DNA of 64,000 nt from an uncultured Gemmatimonadales bacterium (GTDB lineage: Bacteria > Gemmatimonadota > Gemmatimonadetes > Longimicrobiales > RSA9), in the NCBI GenBank assembly GCA_963798085.1, contig CAWCRS010000005.1, forward strand, positions 480,001 to 544,000. Reading direction: 5' to 3'. Below are positions 39,047-47,642 of this stretch, piece after piece; position 1 is the stretch's first letter, and each line of letters opens with the position of its first letter. Made by a program: the position numbers and the translations under genes. Below the pieces are notes generated by a model, which had not been told where the DNA came from, made no database searches, and saw only the letters and a list, made by a program, of their open reading frames with translations.

Positions 39047-41125
39047 GTGCGCGTTGCCCGGCTGGTTGCGGCAGGACTCTGTTTCACGGCGGGACTGGGC
39101 TGTGCTCCAGGGCTGGCCCGGCGGGTGTCCTCGAGTCCACCCGTCGGCCAACCCGCCGTGCTCGACGTGCCGTACCTCCCGCAATCCGTCCTGCTTTGTG
39201 GTGGGGCAGCCATTGCGATGGTGGAAAGGTGGTGGGGGCGGCGAGGAGTCTACGCCCTGGATTTTGCCCGCCTCGTCCGTCCGGCCTCCGGTGGCATCCT
39301 CACGACGGACCTCGAGTCAGCCACGCGCGCTCGTGGCTGGGATACCCACGTGTTCCGTGGCACGCCCGAGCGGGTCCGGCAGAATCTCCACGACGGCGTG
39401 CCTGTCGTCGTCCTCATTGAAGTCGCGCACGATCGATACCACTACATTGTTGTGCTCGGCTGGAGCGATGGGCGCGTGGTATTTCACGACCCCGCTACTG
39501 GCCCGTTCACCTCCCTCGATGAGAATACCTTCCTTGCTCGCTGGGCACGGGCCGACCTGTGGGCGCTGGTGGTACGACCGGCGCCGGTCGCAGCGGTGAC
39601 CGCGAGCGCCGACAGCACGGCTCTGGTTGCGATCGACTCGACGCTGCCGTGTCCTCCATGGCTTGATCGGGCGCTCGACGCAGTGGCCGCCAACCGACTG
39701 GATGATGCCTCCAGTCTTCTCGACCAGGCAGGCCGGGCGTGCCCGAGCGAACCGCTCGTTCTGCGCGAGACCGCCGGCGTCCGGTTCAAGCAGGGACGTT
39801 ATGTGGAGGTCATCCGGCTGGTCTCCGAGTATCTTGCATTGGTTCCAGACGACGAGCTTGGCTGGCAGCTCCTCGCCACCGGCAAGTATCTCGCCGGTGA
39901 TCGGGACGGCGCGTTGCAGGCGTGGAACGTCATTGGCCGGCCCACTGTGGACCTCGTCCGGATCAATGGCGTGCGCGCAATCCGTTTCACGGACATCGCC
40001 GGGGCGATGTCCGCGCCACCCGGATCGCTGCTCACCCCGGCCCGGCTGGCGCTCGCTCGACGCCGGGTCTCCGATGTCCCGGCCCTCCGCCGAGCGTCCG
40101 TCGACTATCAGCCGGTTCCGGGCGGGATCGTCGAGGTCCGGGCGGTCGTCCGGGAACGGCCTACCCTGGACGGCGCCTGGCGCCTGGCTGCGACCGGAGC
40201 GATCCGCGCGTTCGCCCAGAGCGAGGTGGGCCTCGAGCTGGCCAGTCCCACGGGCGCAGGCGAGCTGTGGTCCGCCAACTGGCGCTGGAAACGCGCCCGG
40301 CCTCGCGCTTCCTTGCGACTCGACATGCCGGTGCACCCCTCGCTGCTGGGGGTGATCACCATCGAGGGCGCATGGGAGCGATTTCGTTTCGCACTCCATG
40401 ATGCGCAGGCACCGGTCGTTGAGGAGGCCCGATTTGCAACGGTCGGTTTGAGCAGCTGGGTCACCGCCAACCTGCGTCCGTCTGCAGCTCTCCGGCTCGA
40501 ACGCTGGACCGGAAACCTGAACTACCTGGCAGTGTCGCTCGGCGCCGAGCTGCGCGCTCGTGGCGACCGACTCGTCATGACCGCGAGGAGCGAGCGTGCG
40601 GTGGCACTCTCGGCTCACCCGTCGTACTCCAGCGGGAGTGCGGGCGTGGCCTGGGCCTCCTCGGCCGGTTTGAGCCACGCGTCACTGTCCGCACGCATGG
40701 GAATCGACTGGGTGGGCAAGTCTGCACCATTCGGAATGTGGCCGGTGGCCGGCGGCGATCTCGCCTGGTCCGCTCCGCTCCGCGCTCATGCACCAACCAG
40801 CAACGGACTTCTCACAGGCCAGAGCGTTGGTCGCAGGATCTTCCATGGCGGACTCGGCGCCGACCGCCCGCTCTATCGCACGGGGTTGCTGGTCATCGCG
40901 GGCGGGATGTTCGTGGATGCGGCCGACGTCGTCGCTTCAGCGGACGGCTCGCCCGATGCCCGGCTCTACGTCGACGGCGGCGCAGGACTCCGGATCGGCG
41001 TCGCCGACGGACAAACCGGTGTGCTTCGAATCGACCTGGCGAAGGGACTGGTAACGGATCGGCAGCTCGCGCTCACGCTCGGCGTCCACCGAAACTGGCC
41101 GCTATTTCAGCGCGACACTCGGTGA
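39047..41125 (+). CDS. C39-like cysteine peptidase + TPR + putative beta-barrel fusion (PA2778-like N-terminus), possible lipoprotein
   Basis: GLGC lipobox-like; LDVPYLPQ..LCGGAA (Gln/Cys), HYIVV (His), HDP (Asp); helical repeats; C-terminal amphipathic strands (FVD, GAGLRIG, LRIDLAKGL). Confidence 0.75.
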   Translation: MRVARLVAAGLCFTAGLGCAPGLARRVSSSPPVGQPAVLDVPYLPQSVLLCGGAAIAMVERWWGRRGVYALDFARLVRPASGGILTTDLESATRARGWDTHVFRGTPERVRQNLHDGVPVVVLIEVAHDRYHYIVVLGWSDGRVVFHDPATGPFTSLDENTFLARWARADLWALVVRPAPVAAVTASADSTALVAIDSTLPCPPWLDRALDAVAANRLDDASSLLDQAGRACPSEPLVLRETAGVRFKQGRYVEVIRLVSEYLALVPDDELGWQLLATGKYLAGDRDGALQAWNVIGRPTVDLVRINGVRAIRFTDIAGAMSAPPGSLLTPARLALARRRVSDVPALRRASVDYQPVPGGIVEVRAVVRERPTLDGAWRLAATGAIRAFAQSEVGLELASPTGAGELWSANWRWKRARPRASLRLDMPVHPSLLGVITIEGAWERFRFALHDAQAPVVEEARFATVGLSSWVTANLRPSAALRLERWTGNLNYLAVSLGAELRARGDRLVMTARSERAVALSAHPSYSSGSAGVAWASSAGLSHASLSARMGIDWVGKSAPFGMWPVAGGDLAWSAPLRAHAPTSNGLLTGQSVGRRIFHGGLGADRPLYRTGLLVIAGGMFVDAADVVASADGSPDARLYVDGGAGLRIGVADGQTGVLRIDLAKGLVTDRQLALTLGVHRNWPLFQRDTR

Positions 41126-41168
41126 ACGTGCCCTCGCCGCCGCAGCCTGCCGAGGCAGCGACTCAGAC

Positions 41169-41426
41169 TCAAGCGCGGCGCCGGCCGCGAATGGCGCGCA
41201 GCAGCAGAAGGAGCACGACCGCACCAATGAACGCTACGATTATTGTGCCGGCCAGACCGCTGACAGGCATCCGGACTCCAAGCGCTCCGAAGAGCCAGCC
41301 TCCAAGGAAGGCACCGACGATTCCCACGACAATGTCGCCCAGGATGCCGTACCCGACGCCACCAACCGCAAAGCTGGCGAGCAGACCAGCGACAAGACCA
41401 ACGATGAGCAGGGTGATGATATCCAC
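41169..41426 (-). CDS. GlsB/YeaQ/YmgE (transglycosylase-associated) membrane protein
   Basis: LIVGLVAGLLA...GILGDIVVGIVGAFLGGWLF...AFIGAVVLL. Confidence 0.9.
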   Translation of the reverse strand: MDIITLLIVGLVAGLLASFAVGGVGYGILGDIVVGIVGAFLGGWLFGALGVRMPVSGLAGTIIVAFIGAVVLLLLLRAIRGRRRA

Positions 41427-41562
41427 TTGAACCCTCCGGCTTCCGAGTAAGCGCTGCAAAGACCCTGTGCTTGAAACGTCCCGGGGTCACGATCTGGAGA
41501 ACGACGTGTGTCCCTGTTGACTACGCTTCATGGCAATCGCGTCCCTCACCTCGCCGTGCACA

Positions 41563-42237
41563 TCAATGAACATCGCCGGGCGAGGCGGCTGAACGGCTGG
41601 CGGCGGCGCGTGCCTCGGCGCTGGCGAAGATCGCCACTTCCACCCGCCGGTTGGCCTGACGGCCGGCTTCGGTGTCGTTCGAAGCGATGGGCTCGGTCTC
41701 ACCGAGACCGCGCGTAGCCAGGCGGCCGCCGTCTACGCCCTGCGATCTCAGGTATGTGGCCACGCTCGTGGCCCGACGATTCGACAGTCCCTGGTTGTAC
41801 GACAGCGAGCCAACCTGGTCCGTGTGACCGACGATAAGGAGATCGGAGCCCGGATACTGAGCGAGACTCCTGGCCAGCTCTCGAAGATTCGCCCCGGCTT
41901 CGGGTCGCACTGCGTCGGCATCGAAATCGAACATCAGTCCGGAGTCGAACGTCACCTGGATGCCTTCGCCGACCCGCTCTACTGTGGCTCCCTTGATATT
42001 CTGCTTCAGTTGTTTCGCCTGCTTGTCCATTTGCGAGCCGATGATGGCGCCAGCCGCTCCACCGACCGCGGCACCGATGATGACGCCCTTCGCCGTGGAA
42101 CCGGTCGCCGTGCCGATCACCCCGCCCACCACCGCACCTCCCGCCGCGCCGACAACGGCACCCTGTCCGGCCCGCGTGGCGCAGCCGGCAAGGAACAGGC
42201 ATGCAATGGAAGCCAGCTGATAATAGCGTGTACGCAT
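41563..42237 (-). CDS. OmpA family lipoprotein with glycine zipper
   Basis: LAGC lipobox; Gly zipper; GHTD, YNQGLS.RRA, GRQANRRVE. Confidence 0.93.
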   Translation of the reverse strand: MRTRYYQLASIACLFLAGCATRAGQGAVVGAAGGAVVGGVIGTATGSTAKGVIIGAAVGGAAGAIIGSQMDKQAKQLKQNIKGATVERVGEGIQVTFDSGLMFDFDADAVRPEAGANLRELARSLAQYPGSDLLIVGHTDQVGSLSYNQGLSNRRATSVATYLRSQGVDGGRLATRGLGETEPIASNDTEAGRQANRRVEVAIFASAEARAAASRSAASPGDVH

Positions 42238-42508
42238 GGCACACTCCCACAAACCAATGGTTAGAGATCTGCGTATAGCACCCCATTACAAGCTACGCGG
42301 AAACGGAAATGACACCATCCATCGAAGGGTGGCCCGGCGGGCTAGCCCCAATGATCAATGGTGGAGTCGCGCGCACCTGTCCATGATTGGGGGTGACGGT
42401 TCTTGCCACTCCGAATTCGCGGAGCGGGGATCGGCGGCTCATCGTGAGCGCCGCGCGGAAGCGGACATTGCGCCCCACGCTGCATGTTCGGGCAAAGGAG
42501 GCATCGGT

Positions 42509-42703
42509 ATGAATGATACGGGTGACACCATCGGCAACATCGCGAAACGCGGCAAGGCTGCGACCAGGAAGGCCGCCAGCAATGCCAGTGATGCGGCGCA
42601 GGCTGCAGCGGACCAGACTCTGGAACTGGCGCGGCGGGCATTCGAGAAGATCAAGGCAGACCGCATGAAGACTGTGAAGAAGTCCGACGCCGGCGTCGGG
42701 TAG
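42509..42703 (+). CDS. Small hydrophilic helical protein (64 aa)
   Basis: Strong AAAGGAGG RBS; Ala/Lys-rich. Confidence 0.55.
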   Translation: MNDTGDTIGNIAKRGKAATRKAASNASDAAQAAADQTLELARRAFEKIKADRMKTVKKSDAGVG

Positions 42704-42773
42704 TCCTTCAGAGCTAGGCCAGGATCCCGTCGATTGATCGATTCCTCGCGGCCCGTGCGGATGATAACGTTGA

Positions 42774-42989
42774 TGGCTGGATCGTGTCGCCCGTCGTGAA
42801 ATCCACGCAAGGCGCATCGGTCATTGCATGAAAGACAACATGACACGCGAGGTTTCGCTCAATTCGCGGATCGTGGCGCTGCTGCGCAACGTGCAGAAGA
42901 CGCAGGCCCAGCTGCGCAAGGGCCTGGGGTTTCCGTCCGGTAAGGCGTGGAGGATTGCGTGGAAGACGAGCGGATCCCGACAAAGCTGA
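42774..42989 (+). pseudogene. Possible tyrosine-integrase relic
   Basis: Translates to WLDRVARREIHARR...KDNMTREVSLNSRIVALLR...FPSGKAWRIAWK, resembling the Lys-hairpin region of tyrosine recombinases; abuts the att site. Confidence 0.42.
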
Positions 42990-43056
42990 CGGTCGGATTC
43001 GAACCGACGACCTGCTGATTACAAATCAGCTGCTCTACCAACTGAGCTACGTCAGC
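42984..43056 (-). tRNA. tRNA-Thr (TGT), CCA not encoded
   Basis: GCTGACG acceptor stem; AGTTGGTAGA D-arm; anticodon loop TTTGTAA; GGTTCGAATCC T-arm. Confidence 0.97.
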
Positions 43057-43179
43057 ATGCACGGAACGGGGTAAGCGACGACGCCGTTCCGGCGCACGTT
43101 CCCGTGGTACCGTCGTCGCCCGACAAGCTAATCAGGCGGGCGCGACGGGGTCAACGCACCGCCATGCACGGTCTCCGCC

Positions 43180-44631
43180 CTACAGCTTCTTCCACCGCGG
43201 GCCGGCGGGCGTATCCTCGACGGCCACGCCGGCGGCCGCCAGTTGCTGGCGGATCGCGTCGGCGGCCGCAAAGTCGCGCCGGCCCCGCGCGGCCTGGCGC
43301 TCGCCCACCTTCTGCTCCACCCACGCCGCGAAATCCGACGCCATGTCCGCCGACGCCTGCCGCGCCAGGCTGATCACGCCCAGCACGTCATCCATGCTGT
43401 CCACCGCGTGGCGCGCACGTTCCAGGTCGGCCGGCCGCACCGTACCCAGCCGGTCCAGCTCGGCGTTCACTTCGCGCACGAACGGAAACAGCGCGGCCAG
43501 CGCATTCGCCGCGTTGAGGTCGTCGTCCAGCGCGGCTTCGAATTCCTGCAGCGCGCGCAGTGCTGCTTGCGCGATCCCCGACAGGGGCGCTGCGTCGCTC
43601 ACGGGCGTCTCGTCCAGGCGGCGGCGGAACGCGAGCAGGCGCTGCACCGCCGTACCCGCATCCGCCAGCGTCTGCAGGGAGAAGTTCAGTTCCTTGCGAT
43701 AATGTGTTGTCAGGTACAGATAGCGCAGCGCTGCGGCCGAGTAGCCTCGCTCCAGCAGCTGCCCGAGCCGGTAGTCGTTGCCTTTCGACTTGGACATCTT
43801 CTCGCCGTCGACCTTCAAATGCGTCACGTGCAGCCAGAAACGCACGAACGGCCGGCCGGTCGCGGCTTCGCTCTGCGCGATCTCATCCTCGTGGTGCGGG
43901 AACTTCAGGTCCTCGCCGCCCATGTGGATGTCGAAGGTTTCGCCCAGCTCCTTCATGCTCATGGCGGAGCACTCAATGTGCCAGCCGGGCCGGCCCTCGC
44001 CCCAGGGCGTGGCCCATGCCGCATGCGCGTGGCGGTCCGCTTCGTTCGCCGCCTTCCAGAGCGCGAAGTCGCGCGCATCCTCCTTCTCGTACTCGTCGGC
44101 ATCCACCGTATTCGTGCGACTGGCCAGTCCCGCGCCCGCGCGGATGGCACTCAGGTCGATGCGGGACAGCCGACCGTACGCCGGGAACGATGCGATCGAG
44201 AAGTAGACGGAACCATCGCTCACGTAGGCGTGGCCCTTCTCGATGAGCCGCTCGATCAGCGCCACCATGTCGGGAATGTGCTCCGTAGCGCGCGGGTACA
44301 CATCGGCGCGCTTGATGCCCAGCCGGTCCAGGTCCGTGAAGAACACTTCGATCTGCGGGCCCGTGATGTCCGCAATGCAGACGCCGCCTTCCAATGCGGC
44401 ATCAATGATCTTGTCCTCGACATCCGTGAGATTCATCACATAACGGACTGTCAGCCCCTTCCATTCGAGGAAGCGGTGCAGGATGTCGTAGACCACGAAC
44501 GAGCGGAAATTGCCGATGTGCGGCGCCCGATAGACGGTGGGCCCGCAGGCGTAGAGGCGGGCCACACCGGCCGCCAGCGGCTGGAATGGCTCGACCGTCC
44601 GCGACAACGTGTTGTAGAGCTGGATCGCCAT
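43180..44631 (-). CDS. cysS: Cysteine--tRNA ligase
   Basis: YACGPTVY, HIGN, GRPGWHIECSAM, FPHHEDE, KMSKS. Confidence 0.98.
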   Translation of the reverse strand: MAIQLYNTLSRTVEPFQPLAAGVARLYACGPTVYRAPHIGNFRSFVVYDILHRFLEWKGLTVRYVMNLTDVEDKIIDAALEGGVCIADITGPQIEVFFTDLDRLGIKRADVYPRATEHIPDMVALIERLIEKGHAYVSDGSVYFSIASFPAYGRLSRIDLSAIRAGAGLASRTNTVDADEYEKEDARDFALWKAANEADRHAHAAWATPWGEGRPGWHIECSAMSMKELGETFDIHMGGEDLKFPHHEDEIAQSEAATGRPFVRFWLHVTHLKVDGEKMSKSKGNDYRLGQLLERGYSAAALRYLYLTTHYRKELNFSLQTLADAGTAVQRLLAFRRRLDETPVSDAAPLSGIAQAALRALQEFEAALDDDLNAANALAALFPFVREVNAELDRLGTVRPADLERARHAVDSMDDVLGVISLARQASADMASDFAAWVEQKVGERQAARGRRDFAAADAIRQQLAAAGVAVEDTPAGPRWKKL

Positions 44632-44651
44632 CGTTCCCCGGGTTGTGCGCC

Positions 44652-45584
44652 TCAGCGCCGCGTGGCCGCCTCGTCGGCCAGCTCGCCTAACGCGGGCTTC
44701 TGGTCCTGCCCCCAGTACACGCTGATGTGCCTGAACGGAATCTCGATCTTTTCCGCATCAAACCGGTTCTTGATGCGGCGCCGCAGTTCCCTCGCCACCG
44801 CCCACTGCTGCTGCGGCAGCGTGCGCACGCTCATGCGGATCACCACGGCGGATTCGCCCAGCTGCTCCACGCCCAGCACTTCCGGGGCGTCCAGCAGCAG
44901 CGGCGCCCATGCCGGGTCGGCGTGGAAGGAACGGCCCTCGCCGCGCAGCACATCGATCACATGATCGACATCTTCCCGATACGCCACGCCAATGTCGAGC
45001 ACCGCACGCGACCACGACTTGGTCAGATTGCTGACCCGCGTGATGGCGCTGTTGGGCACGATGTGCACGGTACCATGCGCGTCGCGCAGCACCGTGGTGC
45101 GCAGGGTGATGCGTTCCACCTGACCCGACACATCGCTGAGCCGCACAATGTCACCCACCGCGAACTGGCCTTCCAGCAGCAGGAACGTGCCGGTGATCAC
45201 GTCCTTGACCAGCGATTGCGCACCGAAGGAGACGGCGAGACCGAGCACGCCGACGCTGGCCAGCAGTGGCCCGATATCGACGAAGTTGCCCAGCACGGTC
45301 AGCGCGGCCACCACCGCGATCACCACCAGCGCCACACTGCCCAGCAGGCTGGCCAGCGTCTGCGCCCGCTGCTGGCGCAAGCGCTTTTCGACGGGGTCTT
45401 CGTCCTGGATCTCGCGCTCGACCAGCTTGCTTATCAGCAGTCGCACACCGCGATACGTGAGTACCGCAATGACGATGACGACGGCGGTCTGGAGCAGCTT
45501 CAGCAGGAGGGCGTCGAAGTGCAGCAGCCCGCGCCAGCCCGGGAGCGCCTGGACTGCGGAACCTGCAGGCTGTTGCGCAATCAT
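44652..45584 (-). CDS. MscS family mechanosensitive channel
   Basis: GLAVSFGAQSLVKD, VGD, LRTT, HIVPN, IEIPF. Confidence 0.92.
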   Translation of the reverse strand: MIAQQPAGSAVQALPGWRGLLHFDALLLKLLQTAVVIVIAVLTYRGVRLLISKLVEREIQDEDPVEKRLRQQRAQTLASLLGSVALVVIAVVAALTVLGNFVDIGPLLASVGVLGLAVSFGAQSLVKDVITGTFLLLEGQFAVGDIVRLSDVSGQVERITLRTTVLRDAHGTVHIVPNSAITRVSNLTKSWSRAVLDIGVAYREDVDHVIDVLRGEGRSFHADPAWAPLLLDAPEVLGVEQLGESAVVIRMSVRTLPQQQWAVARELRRRIKNRFDAEKIEIPFRHISVYWGQDQKPALGELADEAATRR

Positions 45585-46006
45585 CGGGGCAGCAGTCGGA
45601 TCTCCGTAATCAGCCAGCGATCACGCTCCAGCTCGAGCGCTACGAACACGGTGGACGATTCGGGAATGCTGGTGCCGCGAGAGCGCGTGATCCACGTCAG
45701 TTCGACCCACGCGCGACGCGGCTGGCCCGGCAGTTCCTTGGCCGTGCCCACTCGCGTCTCCACGGTCTGGCGCTCATCGAACAGATGACGCAGCGCGGAG
45801 GCCGCCTGCCTTCCCGTCAGTGGACCGACACGCTCGCCGCTCACGTCCAGCGAAACACCGGCACGTGCGAGCTGTCCCAGCACTGCGGTGACGTCGCCGC
45901 GCTGCCAGGCACTGGCAATGTGCTGCGCAACGGGACGGAAGTCCTGCGCCTTCGCACCCGCCGCAGCGCACAGCAGCGCGCCCGCCACCAGCAGGGACCG
46001 ACTCAT
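45581..46006 (-). CDS. Exported hypothetical protein
   Basis: Signal peptide; overlaps both neighbours in an operon. Confidence 0.65.
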   Translation of the reverse strand: MSRSLLVAGALLCAAAGAKAQDFRPVAQHIASAWQRGDVTAVLGQLARAGVSLDVSGERVGPLTGRQAASALRHLFDERQTVETRVGTAKELPGQPRRAWVELTWITRSRGTSIPESSTVFVALELERDRWLITEIRLLPR

Positions 46007-46716
46007 CCGGCGAGCTGTGCCGTGCCGTTCATCTCGGCGAGAATCTGCTCGACGGCGGCAACGTGATCTTCCGCTTCCAGCACGGGCCGGCCAATGACCA
46101 GATAGTCGGCGCCGGCGCGTACAGCACTGGCAGGCGTCAATGTGCGTGCCTGATCCGATGAACTCGACCCTTCCGGCCGGATGCCCGGCGTCACGACGAG
46201 GAAGTCGACGCCATGACGCCGCCGCAGGGCTTCGGCTTCGAGCGGCGACGTCACTACGCCGTGCATGCCGGCTTCCGCAGCGAGCAATGCCAGCCGCACC
46301 ACTTCGTCGCGTACCGAGAGAACTTCCTTGTTCCAGACTTCTTCCACATCCACCGGCGTGAACGACGTGAGAATGGTGACGCCGAGGAGGCGAGGACCAT
46401 CGTCGCCAACAGCCGCACGCGCCGCGCGCATCATGGCCGTGCCACCCGATGCGTGCAGTGTCAGCAGCTGCACATCCAGCGCGGCCGCGCTCTCCACCGC
46501 CCGCGCGACGGTATTGGGAATGTCGTGGTACTTGAGGTCCAGGAAGACGCGCTTGCCGCGCGAGCGCAGCTCGCGGATCACGCCGGGACCACCACGCGTG
46601 AACAGCGGCGACCCGATCTTGTAGAAGCTGATCGCATCGCCCAGGTCATCAACCAGCCCCATGGCGACACTGGTAGAAGGCAGATCGAGCGCAACAATGA
46701 TTTCCGCCATCGACAT
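46003..46716 (-). CDS. pyrF: Orotidine-5'-phosphate decarboxylase
   Basis: IIVALD, FLDLKYHDIPNTV, TPGIRP, DQAR, VIGR. Confidence 0.97.
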   Translation of the reverse strand: MSMAEIIVALDLPSTSVAMGLVDDLGDAISFYKIGSPLFTRGGPGVIRELRSRGKRVFLDLKYHDIPNTVARAVESAAALDVQLLTLHASGGTAMMRAARAAVGDDGPRLLGVTILTSFTPVDVEEVWNKEVLSVRDEVVRLALLAAEAGMHGVVTSPLEAEALRRRHGVDFLVVTPGIRPEGSSSSDQARTLTPASAVRAGADYLVIGRPVLEAEDHVAAVEQILAEMNGTAQLAG

Positions 46717-46727
46717 CCTGCTGCCGA

Positions 46728-47642
46728 TCAGAGCCGGCCGACCCCCACAATGTCCTCGACGCGCGCGATGCCGTGATCGGCGCCCCAGCGATTGAGACCC
46801 GTCAATACACGCCCCGCCGCGCGGGGGTCCGCGAATGTAGCCGTGCCGATCTGGATCAGCGACGCCCCCGCAAACAGATACTGCAGTGCGTCCTTCGCGG
46901 TGCGGATGCCACCTGCGCCAATGATGGGGACGGACACCCGCCTGCGCGCCTGCCACACGGCGTGCACACCCATGGGCAGGATCGCGGGACCGCTGACACC
47001 GCCCGTGCCCGCACCCAGCACGGCCTGTCGCGTTTCCGGATCGAACAGCAGGCCGGGGAACGTGTTGATCAATGTGAGCGCATCCGCGCCCGCCGCCACA
47101 GCCACTTCGGCCAGGCGTCCGATGTCGGGCACGTTGGGCGCGAGTTTGACAACCAGGGGTCGCTTCGTGATCGGCCGGACGGTTGTGATCACTTCGCTCA
47201 GCAGATCCTCGCGCGTCGAAAAGATCGCACCACCCCGCTCCACATTGGGGCACGAGACATTCAGCTCGTAACAGAAGAAGCCCGGCGCATCATCCAGACG
47301 GCGCACGATCTCGGCGTATTCGCCGGCTGAGCCACCGGCGACATTGACGAGCACGTGCGCCCGGCCCAGTCGTTGCGCCAGCCAGGGCAGCTTCTCGCCG
47401 CGTACCGCGTCCACGCCGACATTCGCGAGACCCACCGAATTGAGCATGCCGGCGTCGAATTCGGCGACGCGCGGCGAGGCGTTACCGGCGCGGGCCTCGA
47501 GCGTGACCGCCTTGATGACGAGTCCGCCCAGCGTGTCGATGTCGAAATTGCCATCCAGTTCCTCACCGTAGCCGCACGTGCCGCTGGCGAGCAGGATGGG
47601 ATTCTGGAAGGTCTGCCCGAGTACGTTCTGCTCGAGCTTCAC
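46728..47642 (-). CDS. pyrD: Dihydroorotate dehydrogenase, family 1
   Basis: NPILLASGT, NSVGL.N, ELNVSCPN, VKLAPN, INT, GGVSG. Confidence 0.95.
   Translation of the reverse strand: MKLEQNVLGQTFQNPILLASGTCGYGEELDGNFDIDTLGGLVIKAVTLEARAGNASPRVAEFDAGMLNSVGLANVGVDAVRGEKLPWLAQRLGRAHVLVNVAGGSAGEYAEIVRRLDDAPGFFCYELNVSCPNVERGGAIFSTREDLLSEVITTVRPITKRPLVVKLAPNVPDIGRLAEVAVAAGADALTLINTFPGLLFDPETRQAVLGAGTGGVSGPAILPMGVHAVWQARRRVSVPIIGAGGIRTAKDALQYLFAGASLIQIGTATFADPRAAGRVLTGLNRWGADHGIARVEDIVGVGRL

Larger units (their letters stand above)
35237..43011. mobile_element. tRNA-Thr-anchored genomic island (~7.8 kb), probably immobilised
   Basis: 28-bp direct repeats at both ends; accessory cargo; looks less GC-biased by eye; no intact integrase. 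Confidence 0.78.
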
